Shown piece after piece: positions 9,067 to 17,752 of a stretch of 45,733 nt of DNA (position 1 is the first letter of the stretch; the number at the start of each line of letters is the position of its first letter). The position numbers and the translations under genes were made by a program. Source of the DNA: Nitrospinota bacterium (GTDB taxonomy: Bacteria; UBA8248). The notes under the pieces were generated by a model, which saw only the letters and a program-made list of their open reading frames with translations, had not been told where the DNA came from and ran no database searches. The stretch covers positions 1 through 45,733 of the forward strand of contig JAYGFR010000038.1 in the NCBI GenBank assembly GCA_046581755.1, in the 5' to 3' direction.

Positions 9067-9764
9067 CGGGGCGCGTCCCGCTCCATCCGGCCGGTTTCCT
9101 CCTCGAGGTCTCCGATGTTGTCGATGGAGACCCATTTCTCCTTGACCTCGTAGCCGCAAACGGCTCCGCCCCGATCCATGACGGCCTGGATGAGATCGGG
9201 CATGTAGAACTCCTCGTCCGGGGGAACGAGGTCCACGACCTCCGAATCGAGGGCGTAGATGCCACAATTGATCAGGCACGAATGCGCCGGGCGCTCAACG
9301 ATGGAGGTGATGCGGTCTCCTTCCATCTCGACGACGCCGAAGGGCACGGTGCGCTCAAGCTCCCGGACCCCGACCGTGATGGCGGCCTTTTTTTTCTCGT
9401 GCCACCCGACCAGGTCCTTGAAATCCACCTTGGTGATGATGTCCGCGTTGATGACCAGGACGGTCCCCGAGATTCTGAATCGATCGCGCGCCAGCCGGAC
9501 GGGCCCTGCGGTTCCGAGGCGCTTGTCCTCGCGCGAGTAGCGGATATCCACACCGAAGCGCGCGCCGTCCTGGAAATACAGCTCGACCAGCTCGGCCCGG
9601 TAGCCCACGGCCAAGTAGATGTCCCGCGCTCCGTGCGAGGCGAGGTTTTCGATGAGGATCTCCAGGATCGGGCGCTCGCCGACGGGCATGAGCGGCTTGG
9701 GGATCGCGAAGGTGAGCGGGCGCAGGCGCGTTCCGAGGCCCCCGGCCAGGACGATGGCCTGCAT
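9063..9764 (-). CDS. Sugar-1-phosphate nucleotidyltransferase
   Basis: LAGGLGTRLRPLT-x-x-IPKPL, EDKRLGTAG, INADI, NCGIY. Confidence 0.9.
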   Translation of the reverse strand: MQAIVLAGGLGTRLRPLTFAIPKPLMPVGERPILEILIENLASHGARDIYLAVGYRAELVELYFQDGARFGVDIRYSREDKRLGTAGPVRLARDRFRISGTVLVINADIITKVDFKDLVGWHEKKKAAITVGVRELERTVPFGVVEMEGDRITSIVERPAHSCLINCGIYALDSEVVDLVPPDEEFYMPDLIQAVMDRGGAVCGYEVKEKWVSIDNIGDLEEETGRMERDAPR

Positions 9765-10744
9765 TAGACGCGGTACCTCGCCGGATCGTCCACGCCGCCC
9801 GATTCGCGCAGCCAGCCGATGGTTCGCTCAAGGCCCTCGTCCAGCGTGAAGGCGGGCTTCCAGCCGATGAGGCCGGCGGCCTTTCCCCCGTCCCCGCAGA
9901 GGCGCATGACCTCGCTCGAGCCGGGGCGGAGGCGCTGTTCTTCGCTCTGAATTTCAATCTCTTTTCCGAGCAGGGAGGCGATCTTCGCCGCCAGATCGCC
10001 GATGGAAATCTCCTTGCCCGTGGCCAGGTTGAGCGCCTCGCCGAGGGCGGCATCCGGCGCCTCGGCGGCCTGGATAAAGCCGCGCACGGTGTCCTGGACG
10101 AAGTTGAAATCCCGCGTCGGGGAGGTTGCTCCGAGGCGTACGGTGTCCCCGGCCAGCATCTGGGTGATCATGGTCGGGATGACGGCGCGGACCGACTGCC
10201 GCGGCCCGTAGGTGTTGAAGGGTCTGACGGTGACGACCGGCAGCCCGTAGGTGTGATGGAACGATTCTCCCAGTTTGTCGGCGGCGATCTTGCTCGCCGA
10301 ATAGGGCGACTGGGCCTGGAGGGGGTGGCTCTCGTCGATGGGGACGTATTGGGCCGTGCCGTAGACCTCGCTCGTCGAGGTGAGGATCACCCGGCGCGGG
10401 CCGGTCTGGCGCGCCGCCGAGAGGATGTTCAGCGTGCCCATGGTGTTGACCTGGACGACCTCCCAAGGATGCTCGAAGGAAAACGGAATGCCGATGAGGG
10501 CGGCCAGGTGGAACACCGAGTCCTGGTTCTCCATGGCCTGGCGCACCCCGTCGAACTCGGTGATGTCGTTGGCGACGATGCGAATTTTTTCGGCGATGGG
10601 GTCCAGGAACCCCGCCGAGCCGCGCGAGGTGTAGCGCACGAAGGCCGTCACCTCGGCCCCCCGCTCCAGGAGCGCCTCGACGAGATGGCTCCCGATGAAG
10701 CCGCCGCCGCCCGTGACGAGAACTTTTCGGCCCTTCCAGTCCAT
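9764..10744 (-). CDS. NAD-dependent NDP-sugar 4,6-dehydratase/epimerase (extended SDR, LegB-like)
   Basis: TGGGGFIGS, FHLAALIGIP, TSTSEVYG, YSASK, RPFNTYGPRQS, TRDFN; ATG at 10744 after GAGGA. Confidence 0.9.
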   Translation of the reverse strand: MDWKGRKVLVTGGGGFIGSHLVEALLERGAEVTAFVRYTSRGSAGFLDPIAEKIRIVANDITEFDGVRQAMENQDSVFHLAALIGIPFSFEHPWEVVQVNTMGTLNILSAARQTGPRRVILTSTSEVYGTAQYVPIDESHPLQAQSPYSASKIAADKLGESFHHTYGLPVVTVRPFNTYGPRQSVRAVIPTMITQMLAGDTVRLGATSPTRDFNFVQDTVRGFIQAAEAPDAALGEALNLATGKEISIGDLAAKIASLLGKEIEIQSEEQRLRPGSSEVMRLCGDGGKAAGLIGWKPAFTLDEGLERTIGWLRESGGVDDPARYRV

Positions 10745-10753
10745 CCGGTTCCT

Positions 10754-10783
10754 CAGGCAACAGTTTGGCAGGCAACAGTTCGG
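10754..10783. repeat. 15-bp direct repeat x2 (CAGGCAACAGTTYGG) just upstream of the sugar operon
   Basis: caggcaacagtttgg / caggcaacagttcgg. Confidence 0.7.
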
Positions 10784-11025
10784 CGGCCCGGCCGCCGCTC
10801 GGGGTTGAGGGACCCGGGTCAATCTATACCATGGTGCTCCGCCGGAGGCGAGAAACGGGGCCGCCTGCTGGGGCCGCCTGCCGGGGGACATCTTCCCTTG
10901 AGCGGGGATTCCTCTCTTGCTATGGTCTCCAGGTAGCCGTCTGCCTGGAAAATTTCGTGGATTCCAGATTGCCCATGACGCCCTGGCCTCAGTCGCATCG
11001 TCGATCCAAATCGGGAGGATGTTTG

Positions 11026-11328
11026 ATGAAGAATTTCGGAAAAACCTTGTTCGCGGGCATCGCCGCCCTTGCCGGCGCCCTTCTGCTTCCGGCCCAGGCT
11101 TTTGCCCAGGGAGCACAAAAAATCGGTCTGGTGACGGGCCTCCTTCTCTCCGTCGTCTATGGCCTGGTCGGCATTATGCTCCTCATGGTCGGCTATAAAA
11201 TATTCGAGTGGGTCACCCCCTTTTCGGTGAACGACGCCCTCTCGAAAGACCAGAACCGCGCCGTCGGCATCGTGGTGGGGGCCATCTTCATCGGCATCGC
11301 CATCATCGTCGCCGCCGCCCTCGGGTAG
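11026..11328 (+). CDS. Small membrane protein, DUF350-like
   Basis: Signal-like N-terminus and two hydrophobic helices around FEWVTPF...DQNRAVGIVVGAIFIGIAII; GGAGG SD. Confidence 0.7.
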   Translation: MKNFGKTLFAGIAALAGALLLPAQAFAQGAQKIGLVTGLLLSVVYGLVGIMLLMVGYKIFEWVTPFSVNDALSKDQNRAVGIVVGAIFIGIAIIVAAALG

Positions 11329-11367
11329 CCCCGCGCCTCCGCCCGAAGGGACGCCCGGAGCAAACCG

Positions 11368-12087
11368 ATGACCGGCCCGCCCATGGGAACCTCCAAAACC
11401 GAACCGGCGGCCCTGCGCGTGCCGCTGGCCGACCCGCTCTTTTACTCCCTCCAGGGGGAGGGAGCCACGCTCGGCCGCCCGTCGGTGTTCATTCGTCTCA
11501 TGGGGTGCACCGTCGGTTGCGTCTGGTGCGACACCAAGTACAGCTGGGAGGGCCCGCCCGTCTGCGAGCTCTCGGCGGAGGAGATTCTGGCCTACTGCCG
11601 CGAGCGGAAAGGGTGCCAGGTCATCGTGACGGGGGGCGAGCCCCTCGAAAGCCCCGCCTTTTTTCCGCTGATCGACGTGCTCAAAGAAGCGGGCCTTCGC
11701 GTCGAGGTCGAGACCTCGGGCTACATCGAGCCGGGCCCCGCTCTCCTCGACCGGATCGATCAGTGGAACGTCTCCCCGAAACTCAAATCCGCCGCCATTG
11801 CAGTAGACAAGCAGCCCCAATCCCTCGAATGGCTCCGCCGGGGCAAGGAGCCATTTTTGAAATTCGTCCTCCACAAGACGGATGAGATCGCCGAGGTGGA
11901 AGCCCTTCTCGGGCGCTACGGCCTCGAGGATTTCCCCCTCGACCGGATCATCATCTCCCCCGGCGGGAAAAAGTATGAGCACATGAAGCCCCGCCTACTT
12001 CCCCTCGCCGAAGCCGCCCTCGAAAAAGGTTGGCGCTTCACCCCCAGGCTGCACGTGATTCTTTGGGGGGATAAAAGGGGGATGTGA
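11368..12087 (+). CDS. queE: 7-carboxy-7-deazaguanine synthase (radical SAM)
   Basis: FYSLQGEG, FIRLMGCTVGCVWCDT (CxxxCxxC), TGGEP, VETSG, SPKL, PRLHVILWGDKRG. Confidence 0.88.
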   Translation: MTGPPMGTSKTEPAALRVPLADPLFYSLQGEGATLGRPSVFIRLMGCTVGCVWCDTKYSWEGPPVCELSAEEILAYCRERKGCQVIVTGGEPLESPAFFPLIDVLKEAGLRVEVETSGYIEPGPALLDRIDQWNVSPKLKSAAIAVDKQPQSLEWLRRGKEPFLKFVLHKTDEIAEVEALLGRYGLEDFPLDRIIISPGGKKYEHMKPRLLPLAEAALEKGWRFTPRLHVILWGDKRGM

Positions 12088-12105
12088 GGGGAGTTTGATC
12101 CATCC

Positions 12106-12152
12106 AACAAAAAAAACCCCCGCCGCGATTTCTCGTAACGGGGGTTGTTTAT
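12106..12152. terminator. Probable bidirectional intrinsic terminator between queE and the AOR gene
   Basis: A-tract, AACCCCCG...CGGGGGTT stem, T-rich tail, between convergent genes. Confidence 0.7.
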
Positions 12153-12169
12153 TCCCTTGATCCGAAAAC

Positions 12170-14038
12170 TCAGGCCGGAAGGGAGATGCCCTCTTTTTCG
12201 GTGAGCTCGTCCCAGCCCTTTTCGACCCGGACCTTGAGCTCGTCCATGAACTCGCGGGTGATGAAGGAGGGCATCTTAATGTTCTCGTTGGTGCGCTCGT
12301 ACACCCGGCCGGGCACGTCGTACTCCTCGTTCGTGTAGCCCACCTTTTTTTCGAGCAGCCGCCCCCGCAGGTAGGAGCGCCGGATAGCGGTGTTCATGTC
12401 CTCGGCCGTGAGCGAGAGGCCGTACATGTCGTTCATGCTGTCGACGACGTTCCCGTCCGGCACGCCGGCGAATTTACAGGTGCCGATGAGATCGTCGCGC
12501 GTGTAGTAGATGCCGTTCAGGACGGCCTTTTCCCAATAATCGATGTCGGTCTTCTGGCCGTCCAGGATGAGCAGCAGGAAGGTCCGCATGGTCATGTGGC
12601 CGCCCCCCAGCGCCCAGGGGTAGCCCGGGTTGGTGTCGGGGAGATAGGCTGGGTATTCGAGGCCCTTTCCCTGCATGGCGAAGGAGAGGTCGCCCATCTC
12701 CATGGCGAGGCGCATGGAGCCCTGCCCGAGTTGGGCGCAGTTCCCGGCGGCGGTCTCGCGGATCAGGGCCATCGCCTTTTCGAATTCGCCGAAGCGGAGG
12801 CCGCCGAGTATCTGTTTGTCCGGGTGGCGCTCGTTCCACTCCATCGCGTAGCCGAGGGTGACGCCCAGGCTGATGGCGTCGTAGCACAGGCGGTCGGCCA
12901 GCTCGACGATATCGAGGGATTGTTCGTGATCGTAGATGCCGATGTTGGACGATAGAAGGGCGAGCGGCTCGTAGTCGAATTTTGCGCGGAAATTACCCTT
13001 CTTGGCCCGCCGCCCCTCGGCGGTCTCGCCCTTGGGCCGGTCGTAGATGTTCTTGTGGCAGGCGATGCCGCACTTGAAGCACGACTCGTCCTTGATGACG
13101 TAGGTGTCCTCGTAGGCGCCCCGGTAGAGGATGGCGGCCTCGTCGTTGCCGGGGGTTACGAAGTTCAACTCGGGCAGGCAGCCGAGCGGGTGTAGGCCGG
13201 CGATGTTCCGCCAGGTGCCCCCGCCGCCTTCGGCCTTGTGGGCGTCGCGGTAGTTTTTCGAGCCCGCGCCCCGGGAGATCACCTTGTTCGCCTCCTTGAC
13301 GACCTCGGTGACGGCGGTCTTGTCGTCCGGCGACTGGGCGACGATGGCGATGAGGTTCTTGCTGCCCATGACGCCGCCGAAGCCGCCCCGGCCGCAGAAG
13401 CGGGGCTTGCAGTCGCCGCTCCGGACCTGGTTGTCCGAGCTGAGGGCGATGCCCGCCATGCGGTTGGTCTCGTAGTTCTCGCCCGAGGGTCCGATGACGG
13501 CGAAGTGGGCGTCTTCGTATTGGCCGACGAGGGACATGATTTTTTCGTGCGAGTCCATCCCGAAAAGGTCCGCGGCGTCCACCAGTTCGAGCGTGGGCGG
13601 GCCGCCCACGGCTTCGCTCTTGATGATGAGAGCGACGGGTTTCTCGCTCCGCCCGGTGAAGATGATCTCGTCCAGGCCGGCGAAGGCGACCTTGGAGCCG
13701 AATTTCCCCGAGCCCGCCGAATACATGGCCGAGGGCGCGCCCGCGCGGGTTCCCTTTAAAGGGCTGTAGCCACCGAAAAAGGTGCGCAGGCCCGTCATCA
13801 GGTTGGTTCCCGAGAAGCAGCCCAGCTCCATGACGAGCGGGGCGGCCGGGTCGTAAGGGTCGGATACGTCGTAGTTCGATAAAACCTTGAAAATCCGGCC
13901 GGAGCCGCCGAGGAAATCCTCGAGATCGGCGCAGGGTTTTTCCTCCACCGCGATCGTTCCGGCCGTGAGATCGATCGCCGCGCTCCGGTACTTGTAGTCG
14001 GTCGGCTCGTTATTGCCGTTTTTGGTGTCCGTCCACAT
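12170..14038 (-). CDS. Aldehyde:ferredoxin oxidoreductase (AOR/WOR) family tungstopterin enzyme
   Basis: SPL...SAGSGKFG, GRGGFGGVMGSKNL, 4Fe-4S CFKCGIAC plus distal GTCKF, KGLEYPAY; ATG at 14038 after GGAGGTGG. Confidence 0.85.
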   Translation of the reverse strand: MWTDTKNGNNEPTDYKYRSAAIDLTAGTIAVEEKPCADLEDFLGGSGRIFKVLSNYDVSDPYDPAAPLVMELGCFSGTNLMTGLRTFFGGYSPLKGTRAGAPSAMYSAGSGKFGSKVAFAGLDEIIFTGRSEKPVALIIKSEAVGGPPTLELVDAADLFGMDSHEKIMSLVGQYEDAHFAVIGPSGENYETNRMAGIALSSDNQVRSGDCKPRFCGRGGFGGVMGSKNLIAIVAQSPDDKTAVTEVVKEANKVISRGAGSKNYRDAHKAEGGGGTWRNIAGLHPLGCLPELNFVTPGNDEAAILYRGAYEDTYVIKDESCFKCGIACHKNIYDRPKGETAEGRRAKKGNFRAKFDYEPLALLSSNIGIYDHEQSLDIVELADRLCYDAISLGVTLGYAMEWNERHPDKQILGGLRFGEFEKAMALIRETAAGNCAQLGQGSMRLAMEMGDLSFAMQGKGLEYPAYLPDTNPGYPWALGGGHMTMRTFLLLILDGQKTDIDYWEKAVLNGIYYTRDDLIGTCKFAGVPDGNVVDSMNDMYGLSLTAEDMNTAIRRSYLRGRLLEKKVGYTNEEYDVPGRVYERTNENIKMPSFITREFMDELKVRVEKGWDELTEKEGISLPA

Positions 14039-14176
14039 GAAAAAAACCACCTCCAAAGAGTAGGGGATATCGCTGATATCCGGCCGCCCAAGACCGCGGG
14101 CCGCCGGGTTTTGTCCGTCGATGACCAGGCGATTATTCCCGATCCGGGGGAACCGGGCAAGGGGGGGCGGGAAACC

Positions 14177-15769
14177 TCAAAATGAAACCGGCTCCTTGAA
14201 GTTGCCGAACACATCCTTCAAGACGCCCGATATCTCGCCAACCGTGGCGTAGGCGCTGACCGCCTCGCTGATGGGCTCCATGAGGCTGTCCGTCCCCCGG
14301 GCGGCCTCCTCGAGGCGGGAAAGGGCCGCCTCGGTCCGGGCCGGATCGCGGCCTTCCTTCACTTTTTGCAGCCTCTCGATTTGCCGGGTGGAGAGGTCGG
14401 GGTCCACCGAAAAGAGGGTCCGCGGCCCGGCGGGGGCATCGGCGTATTTGTTCACGCCGACGATGGCTTTCTCGCCCGAGTCCACGGCCTTTTGCCACTG
14501 GTGGGCGCTCTCGGATATCCACCGCTGGATGAGGCCACTCTCGATACACGAGACCATCCCGCCCCGCTCCTCGATAGTTTTGATGAGGGCCTCCATCCCG
14601 GCCTCCATTTCGGAGGTGAGGTTTTCTACGAAATAGGAGCCCCCGAAGGGGTCGGCCATGCCGGCGATGCCGGTCTCGTGGGCGAGAATTTGCTGGGTGC
14701 GCAGGGCGAGGAGGGCGCTCTCCTCGGTCGGCAGGGCGAGGGCTTCGTCGTAGGCGCAGGTGAAGATCGTCTGCGCCCCCCCCGCGATCGAGGCGAGAGT
14801 CTGGCAGGCCACTCGCACGATGTTGTTCTCCGGCTCGGCGGCGGTGAGAGTGCTTCCCCCGCAGACGACGCCGAAGCGGAATTTCCAGCTCCGGGGGTCC
14901 TTGGCTCCAAAGCGCTCGCGCATGATGCGCGCCCAGAGGCGGCGCATGGCGCGGTACTTGGCCACCTCCTCGAAAAAATCCGAGTGGGTGTAGAAATAAA
15001 AGCTGAACCGGGGCGCGAACGAATCCACCGCCATGCCCCGCCCGATGCAGCGCTCGGCGTAGACGATGGCGTCGGCCAGGGTGAAGCCGCCCTCCTGAAG
15101 GGCCGTCGCGCCCGCGTCGCGGAAGTGGGCCCCGGCCGCGCTGAGCGTGTTGAAGCGGGGGGTATGGGCGAGGCCGTATTCGATGGTGTCCACGATGAGG
15201 CGAAGGGAGGGTTCGGGCGGATAGATCCAGGTGCCCCGCGAGACGTACTCCTTGAGGATGTCGTTCTGGATCGTTCCGGTGAGCCCGTCCGGGGGGACGC
15301 CCTGCTTGCGGCCGACGGCGATATACATCGCATAGAGGATGGCCGCCGTCGAGTTGATGGTGAACGAGGTGCTGATCCGATCGAGGGGGATTTCCTCGAA
15401 GAGGGTTTCCATGTCGTCGAGGGTGTCGATCGCGACGCCCACATTGCCCACCTCGCCGGCAGCGAGCGCATCGTCGCTGTCGAGCCCGATCTGGGTGGGA
15501 AGGTCGAGGGCCACCGAGAGGCCGGTGTTTCCCTCGGCGAGCAGGAATCGGTAGCGCCGGTTCGTCTCCTCGGCGGTGCCGTAGCCCGAGTATTGGCGCA
15601 TGGTCCAAAGGCGCGTGCGGTACATCTCGGGGTGGATGCCGCGCGTAAAGGGATACTCGCCCGGCGCCTCCTCCCCGGCCCGGGCGGGAAGGTCTTCGGG
15701 CCCGTAGACAGCCTTGATGGGCAGGTCCGATTGGGTCCGGTAGCGTTTTCCTTCGCCGCTATCCGCCAT
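14177..15769 (-). CDS. Adenosylcobalamin-dependent acyl-CoA mutase, substrate-binding (large) subunit with a divergent active site
   Basis: [63 protein letters not shown]; no C-terminal DxHxxG cobalamin-binding domain. Confidence 0.9.
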   Translation of the reverse strand: MADSGEGKRYRTQSDLPIKAVYGPEDLPARAGEEAPGEYPFTRGIHPEMYRTRLWTMRQYSGYGTAEETNRRYRFLLAEGNTGLSVALDLPTQIGLDSDDALAAGEVGNVGVAIDTLDDMETLFEEIPLDRISTSFTINSTAAILYAMYIAVGRKQGVPPDGLTGTIQNDILKEYVSRGTWIYPPEPSLRLIVDTIEYGLAHTPRFNTLSAAGAHFRDAGATALQEGGFTLADAIVYAERCIGRGMAVDSFAPRFSFYFYTHSDFFEEVAKYRAMRRLWARIMRERFGAKDPRSWKFRFGVVCGGSTLTAAEPENNIVRVACQTLASIAGGAQTIFTCAYDEALALPTEESALLALRTQQILAHETGIAGMADPFGGSYFVENLTSEMEAGMEALIKTIEERGGMVSCIESGLIQRWISESAHQWQKAVDSGEKAIVGVNKYADAPAGPRTLFSVDPDLSTRQIERLQKVKEGRDPARTEAALSRLEEAARGTDSLMEPISEAVSAYATVGEISGVLKDVFGNFKEPVSF

Positions 15770-15785
15770 GGCTAGGCCCTTTCCT

Positions 15786-16565
15786 CTATTGTCCCTTGAA
15801 CCTGGGTCCTCGCTTTTCGAAAAAAGCGTCCACCCCCTCGCCGTGGTCCTCCGAGGCCCAGAGCTCGACGAACAGCGTGGTCTCGAGTTCCGCCGCCCCG
15901 GCCAGCGTCCTCTCGGAGGCCTCGATCAGGAGCTTTTTGATGGCTCGGACGGCGAGCGGGGCGGCCTTGGCGATGGCGGCGGCGATCCGCTTGCCCTCAG
16001 CGAGGCCCCCGCCGTCGGGCGCGATGGCGTTGGCGACCCCGATGGCCAGGGCCTCGCGGGCCGGAAGCTCCCGGCAGGTGGTCAGGAGATCCATCGCCCG
16101 GGCGTAGCCGGCGATTCGCAAAAGGCGGCCGCCGCCGCCCCAGCCCGTCATCAGCCCCACGCGCGCCTGCTTGAAGCTCAGATAGGCGCTCTCTTCCATG
16201 ACGCGCATGTCGCACGTGAGGGCGATCTCGGTCCCGCCGCCGAGGGCGTATCCGTTCAGGACACCGATCACCGGGACGGGCAGGTTCGAGAGACGGAAGA
16301 GGATGTCCTGCATCCGGCGGCTCATGGCCCCTCCGGCCTCGCCGGTATCGAAGCTCTGGAGCCACTTCAGGTCGCCGCCCGCGCAGAAGGCTTCCCCGCC
16401 GGCGCCCGTGAGGATCACCGCACGTAGGAATTCGTCCTCGGCCAGGCGGTCCAGGTGCCCGGAGAGGAGGCGCATGATCTCATCGTCGATGGCGTTGCGC
16501 ACTTCCGGACGGTTGAGCGTGAGGGTGACGATCCCATCCTCTTCATCGCAAAGCAAGTGGGACAT
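15786..16565 (-). CDS. Enoyl-CoA hydratase/isomerase (crotonase) superfamily protein
   Basis: LTLNRPEVRNA, AFCAGGDL, GYALGGGTE, EGVDAFFEKRGPRFKG. Confidence 0.9.
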   Translation of the reverse strand: MSHLLCDEEDGIVTLTLNRPEVRNAIDDEIMRLLSGHLDRLAEDEFLRAVILTGAGGEAFCAGGDLKWLQSFDTGEAGGAMSRRMQDILFRLSNLPVPVIGVLNGYALGGGTEIALTCDMRVMEESAYLSFKQARVGLMTGWGGGGRLLRIAGYARAMDLLTTCRELPAREALAIGVANAIAPDGGGLAEGKRIAAAIAKAAPLAVRAIKKLLIEASERTLAGAAELETTLFVELWASEDHGEGVDAFFEKRGPRFKGQ

Positions 16566-16607
16566 CTGCCCTCCGGCGGGGTGGGAATGAGGGGCCGGCC
16601 CGTTGCG

Positions 16608-17552
16608 CTACCAGTACTTTTCGTAGTGAATGTTTCCCTTGGTCCGGCTGTAGTCCATGGTGAATCCGCGATTTTCCATGATCTGGATGACGCCCATCTT
16701 CCCCTCCGGCCAGATTTTCTCGCCTCCGCGCACCTTGGGGATGCCCAGCATCGCGGGATTCCCGCAGAGAAAAATATGCGTGTCCGAGGGGTCCATTTTG
16801 CGGCCGATTTTTTCTTCGAACTGGCCCGATTCGATGTAGTCCTGAACATACACCTTGTTGTGAAGGGTGTCAGATTCGCGGGTGGTCAGCGTGTGGTAGG
16901 TGAGGTTCGGATATTTTTTCTCCAGCTCCCGGTAGATCGCCTCATAGGCCAGGTCTTTCTTGTAGCGCACGACGTTGACCGAGGCGATACGGCCCTTGTA
17001 GCCGGTGGAGAGGAGCTCCCAGATCATCCGGTTGTGGGGGCCCTCGCCCGTTCCGGTTCCCCCGAAAACGACCAGGCTGCCGCCGCGCTCCCGGATGTCG
17101 TCCATGCAATTGAGGGTGTACTCGCCCGTGAATTTCTGGCCGACGTTGATCCGGTCTCCCTCGTTTTTGAGGAAGAGTCTCGGGGTGAGGCCGGGCGCGG
17201 GCTGCCCATCACTGCCGATGACCAAGACGATGTAAAACTCGAGGAAGTCGAGCTTCTCCGGTTTGAAAAGCTCGCCGTCCGAGTTCACAACGGGATGGGA
17301 CACCGAGTAGGCCCTCCGCACCAGCCGGCGGATTTTCTTGTCGTTGAGTTCCTTTTCCGGAACCGCGTCCTCGTGGCGAGGCTCCCAGTAGCCCAGGCCC
17401 AGGGTGGTGTACTGGCCCGATTTGTAATCGGGAATCGGAAAATCGGGCTTCACTCGGAACAGGGCCAGCGACTCATGGGTTTGCTCGATGCTGACGAGCG
17501 TTCCGTTATAATGTTTTTCGGACAATTCCTTGATGCTGGATTCGTCGAGCAT
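16608..17552 (-). CDS. Ferredoxin--NADP(+) reductase (FNR family)
   Basis: GQYTTLG, RRAYS, GTGTGEGP, FLCGNPAM, C-terminal EKYW. Confidence 0.85.
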   Translation of the reverse strand: MLDESSIKELSEKHYNGTLVSIEQTHESLALFRVKPDFPIPDYKSGQYTTLGLGYWEPRHEDAVPEKELNDKKIRRLVRRAYSVSHPVVNSDGELFKPEKLDFLEFYIVLVIGSDGQPAPGLTPRLFLKNEGDRINVGQKFTGEYTLNCMDDIRERGGSLVVFGGTGTGEGPHNRMIWELLSTGYKGRIASVNVVRYKKDLAYEAIYRELEKKYPNLTYHTLTTRESDTLHNKVYVQDYIESGQFEEKIGRKMDPSDTHIFLCGNPAMLGIPKVRGGEKIWPEGKMGVIQIMENRGFTMDYSRTKGNIHYEKYW

Positions 17553-17752
17553 TCATTTCCCCCGTGGACCGAAGCATCCAACCCATTCAAATCGTTAATC
17601 GATGAGGCCATATTTTACTAATCCTCTCCAGATTAGCGGGTGGAAAGGATACTACAAAACAAACCGGTTTCAGAACCTTGCCGGGGATTTTCGCCCAAAA
17701 CGGGCCGGGGCCGCCATCTCCGGCGCCCGCGGCTAATCTCCGGAGCCCGCCG

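Noticed and set aside
17553..17752. Cobalamin riboswitch upstream of the mutase-containing gene run
   Set aside because: No recognisable B12-box or GGGAA...GCCACTG elements on the - strand
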